Shown piece by piece: positions 58,462 to 64,000 of a stretch of DNA of 64,000 nt (position 1 is its first letter; each line of letters begins with the position of its first letter). The stretch is from Candidatus Marinacidobacterium sp. (lineage in GTDB: Bacteria; Acidobacteriota; Vicinamibacteria; Marinacidobacterales; Marinacidobacteraceae), in NCBI GenBank assembly GCA_965220965.1, contig CBDCRI010000001.1:288001-352000 (forward strand), read 5' to 3'. The position numbers and the translations under genes were made by a program. The notes under the pieces are model-generated. The model did not search any database. It was not told the DNA's origin and saw nothing but the letters and a program-made list of their open reading frames with translations.

Positions 58462-59511
58462 ATGCTGGGCGTGGACCTGTTCGCCGGCGCCGGGGGGCTG
58501 TCCGCGGGCGCCCGGGCGGCGGGCGTGCGCATCGCCGTCGCGGTCGAGTCGGACCCGCGCGCCGCCGACGCCTACCGCCTCAACCACCCCGAGGCGGACC
58601 TGCGGGTCATGGACGTCAGGCGGCTGCCCGACCCGGCGCCCATTGCCACCTCCCAGCCCACGGTCCTGCTCGGCGGGCCGCCGTGCCAGGCGTTCTCCTC
58701 CTCCAACCAGAGGTCCCGAAGCCTGGGCAATCCGGCGAACCGCCTCTACGTAGAGATGCTGCGCGTGGCGCGGGCCATGCGGCCAACCCACGTCGTCATC
58801 GAGAACGTCCGGGGGTTCGTCGAGGCCCAAGGCGGGCTGTTCCTCAGCGACGCCCTGAAGCGGCTTCGCGAGCTCGGCTACCACGTCGCCCACGGCATGC
58901 TCGACGCCGCCGACTTCGGCGTGCCGCAGCACCGGCGGCGCCTGTTCATCGTCGGCTCCCGGGGACGCCCGCCGAGGCTGCCCCGGCCCGTCGGCGGGCC
59001 GCGGACGACGGTGGCCGACGCGCTGCTCGACCTGCCCGTGCTGGAAAACGGCGCCGCCCTGCCCCTGGCCCGCTACCGGCGGGCGCCCCACTCCGCCTAC
59101 GCCCGGCGCCTGCGCGGGGACGGCGCCGCGTGCACCGGCCATCTCGTCACCCGCAACGCGCCCCACATCGTGGAGCGGTACCGGCACGTGCCGCCGGGCG
59201 GCAACTGGCGGGCGATCCCGGCCCGGCTCATGGCGGGCTACGCGGACCGCACGCGCTGCCACGAGGGCCTCTACCGCCGGCTGCGCTGGGACGCGCCCTC
59301 GGTGGTGCTCAACAACTTCAGGAAGAACATGCTGATCCACCCCTGGGCGCAGCGCGGCCTGTCGGTGCGCGAGGCGGCGCGGCTGCAGTCGTTTCCCGAC
59401 GCCCACGCCTTCGCCGGGAGCATCGGCTTCCAGCAGCAGCAGGTGGCCGACGCCGTGCCGCCGCTCATGGCGCGGGCGGTGCTGGAGAGCGTCCTGCAGG
59501 GCGCGGGCTAG
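58462..59511 (+). CDS. C5 DNA cytosine methyltransferase (no adjacent endonuclease)
   Basis: DLFAGAGG, GGPPCQ, ENV, PQ.R.R and LSVREAARLQSFPD motifs. Confidence 0.92.
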   Translation: MLGVDLFAGAGGLSAGARAAGVRIAVAVESDPRAADAYRLNHPEADLRVMDVRRLPDPAPIATSQPTVLLGGPPCQAFSSSNQRSRSLGNPANRLYVEMLRVARAMRPTHVVIENVRGFVEAQGGLFLSDALKRLRELGYHVAHGMLDAADFGVPQHRRRLFIVGSRGRPPRLPRPVGGPRTTVADALLDLPVLENGAALPLARYRRAPHSAYARRLRGDGAACTGHLVTRNAPHIVERYRHVPPGGNWRAIPARLMAGYADRTRCHEGLYRRLRWDAPSVVLNNFRKNMLIHPWAQRGLSVREAARLQSFPDAHAFAGSIGFQQQQVADAVPPLMARAVLESVLQGAG

Positions 59512-59573
59512 GGGCCGTCGGCGGAGGGCTTGGTTCAACGGCCGCAGCGCCGGCTGCCGGCAGGAGGGCGAAA

Positions 59574-60337
59574 ATGGCGACATCCGGGACCCGCATGACC
59601 CCGGACGAGGCCCGCGAGGCCATCCTCGGCGGCGCCTGCCCCGACGGCGCCCAGTCCGCGAGGCCGGCCCGATCCGCCTGCCCGCCGGCCTCACGGTGGA
59701 GGGCGGCCTGCACGCCAACGAGTGCCCGGGGCTCAGGCACCTGCCGCGGGGGCTGTCGGCGGCGTCGGTGGCCGTCGAGGCCTGCGCGGCCTTCGAGGGC
59801 TTCGATCCCGAGTTCGAGGGGGCCTTCCGCGTGCCCGGGAACGCCCACTTCCTCGCGTGCCACGCCCTGGCCCGGTTCCCGGAGGAGGTCGCGGTCGGGG
59901 GACACTTCGACCTCACGCGCTGCGCGCGCGCCTGGGCGGGGCCGTCCGGGACGCCGAGAAGGCTCACGGCGGGAGGCAGGGCGGTCCTCACCGGATGCGC
60001 GGGGCTCAGCGAGCTGCCGGAGGAGATGGCGGTCGGCCAGGCCCTGCTGCTGATCAAGTGCCCGAGCCTGCGCAGCGTGCCCCATGGCGAGGGGGCGGGC
60101 GCCCCCCGCGCGGGCGCCTACGCCGGCATCTTCCGCTGCGACGGCCTGGAGCGCGTTGACGGGATCTCGTTCGAGCCGGGCGGCGTCCTGGAGGTGGTGG
60201 GCTGCCGCAGGCTCAGGTCCATCGGCGACGGCGCGCGGCCGGAACGGCTGTCCGTGGAGGGCTGCCCGCTGCTGGAGCGGCTGCCGCAGCGGCCGGCCTC
60301 CCGCCCCGCCTCCCGCAAAGGCCCGCCGTTGCCCTGA
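59574..60337 (+). pseudogene. LRR-like paralog 8, frameshifted near 59655
   Basis: The N-cap MATSGTRMTPDEAREAILGGACP is in one frame. The repeats (LPAGLTVEGGLHANEC...) continue in another frame after a short deletion. Confidence 0.75.
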
Positions 60338-60603
60338 TCACGCAACCGGGGGCACGGCCTCGACCGGGAGGGAGTCCGGCGAACGCCCAGGCCGCCGCTC
60401 GTTCCGGGCGGCCAATGCCGATTCATCGCCAGCCGTTCACAGCCCTCGGGCAAAGCCGCCCCAATCCCCGACCCGCGGGAATTCGGGGTGCCTGCCAACC
60501 CATTCGCCCCGCACCGCCAGGACCTGGAAGGGAAACCGGGTCCAGTGCTATGGTCCAAGCCGGCTTCAGGGATGCGCGCAGCGCAGCGAACCGAGACTCG
60601 AAC

Positions 60604-61950
60604 ATGCGCCTGTCCGTCCTCCTACACGATGAGCTTGCCGTCGAGCTGCAGGCCGATCCGCGGCAGCGGGCCGCCATCCTGACGCGGGGGGCCGCGATGC
60701 GGTGGCTCTCCGCCGCCTGGACGGGCGATGAGGGACTCAACCCCATGGTCAATTGGCTCGAGGCGCTCCTGCCGGAAAGCGGCAAGCTTGAGCGATGGCT
60801 GGGGCAGACGCGGGGGAGGCTGCTCGCAGGCGGCGTCGAGGACCGGCCCCACATTCCGGAAACGACGCTTTGGATGCATGCGGACGCGGAGTTTGCGGGC
60901 GCCGTGTCCCTCGTTCGGGACCAAGGCTCCCCCCGGAAGGCCCTGCCCATGGACTCCTCCGCCTATCGGAGGCTCGATGAGAAGGACGTTGGGCGGCTGC
61001 TTCTCGACGAGAACCAATTGGCCGGACGCGCGAAGGGCTCCCCCCGGGGCATTGAAGGGCGGGCGCGATCCTCGCTGTCCGGGATGCGTCCGAAGATCAC
61101 CCTGACGGCCGTTGACGGCGATCCGGACCGGGGCTGGGCGCAAGGGGAGCCTGGGCAGCTGAACACTTGGATCGTCAAGCATGAGCACAGCCCGAACCTC
61201 CCCGGGGAGGCCGGCGTGGAGGCGGTTTGCCAAAGCGCGCTGGACCTTGCCGGGGTGCCGGCGGCCCGCACGCTGTCCCGGGTGATTGACGGCATGCAGT
61301 GCGTCCTGAGCGAGCGCAGCGACCGGGCCGTCAGGGACGGGGCGGTCGTGCCGGTCCACCAGGAGGACTATCGGCAGGCGGCGGGCAAGGGGATCGTGAA
61401 GTTTCGCGAGGCCGTCCAGCCGCGCAGCGAGTGGCCCTTTGCCTACCGGCTGCTGGACGGCGAGGCCGAGCGTGAGGCGCTGACCCGCTTCCTGGCGGGG
61501 TCGTGGCTGTTGGCGCACTGCGACCTGCACAGGGGCAACTTGGGCTTCACCATCACCCAACGGGGGGCGGGGCCGAAAAGGGCGTCCGTGGCGCCGGCGT
61601 ACGACGTGTCGAGCGCCGTCGGCACGAAGCTGAGCGCAAGGCTTGAGTTCCCCATCGCCGCGCAGGGCGACCCCGCGAAGATCAGCGTCCGCCAATGGGC
61701 CGCGCACGCCAGGGAGTGCGGAATCGAGGAGGATGCCACGCTGGAGGCGGTTTCGAGCGTCGCGCGGGCGATGCCTGGCGCCCTCGCCCAAGCCATGGCC
61801 GACGCACGGGCGGGCCATGAGAACATCAGGCAGGATGCGGTCGATGCGCGGTGCGCGGCGGTGATGGGGCACGTCGTCGCCCGCGCCGACCGCTTCGAGC
61901 AGGACTTGGCACGGAGGATGAGGAGGGCCTTCGACGCGCCGGGGCCTTAG
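60604..61950 (+). CDS. hipA: HipA-family kinase
   Basis: N-terminal W...LLPE, then SLSGMRPK, WIVK, HQED..QA, DLHRGN and APAYDV motifs. Confidence 0.85.
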   Translation: MRLSVLLHDELAVELQADPRQRAAILTRGAAMRWLSAAWTGDEGLNPMVNWLEALLPESGKLERWLGQTRGRLLAGGVEDRPHIPETTLWMHADAEFAGAVSLVRDQGSPRKALPMDSSAYRRLDEKDVGRLLLDENQLAGRAKGSPRGIEGRARSSLSGMRPKITLTAVDGDPDRGWAQGEPGQLNTWIVKHEHSPNLPGEAGVEAVCQSALDLAGVPAARTLSRVIDGMQCVLSERSDRAVRDGAVVPVHQEDYRQAAGKGIVKFREAVQPRSEWPFAYRLLDGEAEREALTRFLAGSWLLAHCDLHRGNLGFTITQRGAGPKRASVAPAYDVSSAVGTKLSARLEFPIAAQGDPAKISVRQWAAHARECGIEEDATLEAVSSVARAMPGALAQAMADARAGHENIRQDAVDARCAAVMGHVVARADRFEQDLARRMRRAFDAPGP

Positions 61951-62196
61951 GCCGCGGGATTCCCAGCCCGCCCGAAGGTCGCCGGCGGCCAGGAGCGGAG
62001 GCCGGGGCGCCGCCGGTTCGGCATCAGGCCGCAAGGCGCCCCGGATTGCCCCAAGCCAAGGGCGCACGGGGAACCTGAAGGGCGAGCGGCGTGAACGGAA
62101 GGCGCCGGAGCCCGGCGGGCCGCCTTTCCCGAAGGACCGGCGTTGCTTTGATGGGGCAACGGGCGGCACGGCCCCCCACCCGCAGCGAAACGGCGA

Positions 62197-62505
62197 ATGC
62201 CCCATGGATTCACGCGCCTGACCACGGACGAGGCCTGGACGGCCATCCGGGCGGGCACCTGCCCCGACAACGCCTTCTTCGAGGGACGCCTGATCCTCGT
62301 CAGGCATGACGAAGCGACCGAGCCGCCCCGCAGCCTCGGGGCGGACGGGAAGCTCCGCATCATCAATTGCCGCCGCCTCCGGCTGCCGCCCCCGGGGCTG
62401 GCGGCCCACGCGCTCGGCGTCAAGGAATGCCCGTCGTCGGCGTTGCCGGTCGCGAGAGCAGGCGGAACATGCGTAGTGTGTTGCGAAGGCAGAAGCGTGA
62501 TGTAA
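62197..62505 (+). pseudogene. Truncated LRR-like paralog 9
   Basis: RLTTDEAWTAIRAGTCP..EGRL...GKLRIINCRRL.LPPPGL, after which similarity ends where GC content drops. Confidence 0.7.
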
Positions 62506-62512
62506 TCAGCGA

Positions 62513-62806
62513 GTGGAATTGGCTCACAAGCGGCAGGTGGCCGAGATGACGCGCAATCAGATGCTTAAGGCGTGGGCGCAACGCCCGCGAGTGGCTGGAA
62601 AGCCCCCCCGATCATGCGATGGGCAGCCGCCATGCAGCAAGGCGGCACGGGCGGAGCGCCGGATTGCGGCGGGCGTTGAGTCAGCCGTTCAGTCAGCCCT
62701 GGACAGTTCCATTGACCTTCACCATGTCCGCGAGCGGGAGATCCAGCAGGCGGGCTTGAATCAGCCCTCGGAGTACGCGCTCGAAATGGCGGAGCGAACT
62801 CAGTAG
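62513..62806 (+). CDS. Small protein, putative antitoxin
   Basis: Directly upstream of PIN-like copy 3. Start is uncertain. Confidence 0.45.
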   Translation: MELAHKRQVAEMTRNQMLKAWAQRPRVAGKPPRSCDGQPPCSKAARAERRIAAGVESAVQSALDSSIDLHHVREREIQQAGLNQPSEYALEMAERTQ

Positions 62807-62813
62807 TTGGGCG

Positions 62814-63706
62814 ATGTCCGTCAAGCCGCTGCTCATTGCGTTCGACAGCAACATTCCAGCCCTGCCTTCAGTTCGGGCGTTCTGGGGAACGTTGTGCGAA
62901 GCGGTTGGGCAGCGAATGGCATTGACGCCAACCGCCGCCTCTGAACTTCTTCGCCGAGTCAGGCTAGAAACCGAACGTGAATGGGACAGCCGCTTGCGGC
63001 TGCTGAAGGCTGATGGCGAAATCAGCTTGCGCCCCGGCGACATTCGAAGGCTGTCCACTGCGGCGGGCAATGCCGCAAGAGACATGCTGCGCCACGAAAT
63101 GCGCAACTCCAACGGCATTTACGCAGCGGCGCACGAAGCCGGCCAAGCGGTGCTCGCTCTGGAAGAGGCGCTTTACGAATTGATGCCCGAGGACATCTTC
63201 GATCCAACCACCGACAACGGCATTCGAGACCGGAAGATCGTCATTGAGTCCCTCGCGCGCGGATTCAACGTCTTGGCCTCCAACAACACCCACAGCATTG
63301 ACCACAATGGGCTAAAGGACTGGGTTGAAACCGATGAGGCAAAGCGCTTGAAAATCCAATCCACCATACTGCGTCCCCAAGGCGCTGAACGAAAGCTGCG
63401 CAAGCACTATGGCAAGCCTGCGGATTGGACGGTTCGCGCCTTGGCGCGATCGTGCGTGACGGATCCCCACAACGCAAAGCGCGCGGTCAAGGAAATGGCC
63501 GACGCGTTGCAGCCGTTCGACGAGCGGGGCATGGGCGAACTGCAAATGAGGATCAACAAAGTCCTGATGAACAAAAAAAACTGGACTCAGTGCTGAGCGC
63601 GGTTCGAACCCACGGCAACAGCATGGCAATGCGCACCAATGTCCTGATAGCGGAAAAGGCCACCAAGGAAGTGTCCAGACTATCAGGGGGCGACATCAGC
63701 CTCTAA
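62814..63706 (+). CDS. PIN-like domain protein (copy 3 of 3), C-terminus frameshifted at an A8 tract
   Basis: AFDSN / TPTAASEL / RDRKIVIES / LASNN..SIDH..L..W. As given the ORF stops at 63596, but one extra A at 63573-63580 joins it to 63706. Confidence 0.65.
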
Positions 63707-64000
63707 ATCGTCAGTGGCTGGCGGCGTGGATCTTGTTTCGCATGTTGCGGGAGGGCGAAAGGGTTGGGCTTGTGCCGATGCCCCTTCCTGGTTCGGCAGC
63801 CGGCCGAACTCAACGTCGGGTTCGACCTCCGCATCCAGGGCCGCTCCCGCCTCTGGCAGTACGCCTTCGGCGCCCTAGGCGCGGTGCCAGAAAGCCACCG
63901 CGTCGGCGGCTCGGCGGAGCTGATCGGCAGCGACGGCCTTTCCGAGCGGCCGCAGCGCCTCCTGGAGGTCCGCTTCCGCCCCTTGCTGGCGCGCGTCCCG

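Noticed and set aside
63875-64000. Possible 3' end of a minus-strand gene (...ADAVAFWHRA*)
   Set aside because: Too short at the window edge to support a call.

Overview
A very GC-rich accessory region with no housekeeping, rRNA/tRNA, replication or conjugation genes that I can recognise. It is most likely part of a large plasmid, ICE or other extrachromosomal element (inference). It contains: (i) a complete, visibly lower-GC type I-D CRISPR-Cas locus (WYL regulator, cas6-cas10d[cas11d]-cas7-cas5-cas3-cas4-cas1-cas2) with a 23-repeat array; (ii) four tandem orphan arrays with type I-E-like repeats, each behind its own copy of a duplicated leader block and sharing diverged homologous spacers; (iii) seven intact tandem paralogs plus two degraded copies of a Cys-rich LRR-like repeat protein; (iv) many toxin/defence-type genes (two AbiEii-type modules, three PIN-like pairs, zeta-like kinase, Fic, HipA, a nucleotidyltransferase, a C5 DNA methyltransferase, RecQ-UvrD fusion and SNF2 helicases); (v) several duplicated hypothetical families. 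The most striking unexplained pattern is that 21 genes from at least 14 unrelated families end in a basic, Pro-rich tail whose last residue is Pro (often SPSP*, PSP*, PAP*, PGP*). The cas genes, RecQ and the methyltransferase lack it. Most of these genes also have their own -10-like motif. I interpret this as a possible shared C-terminal translocation signal on a cargo/effector set. All family calls are from motif recognition by eye, with no database searches.
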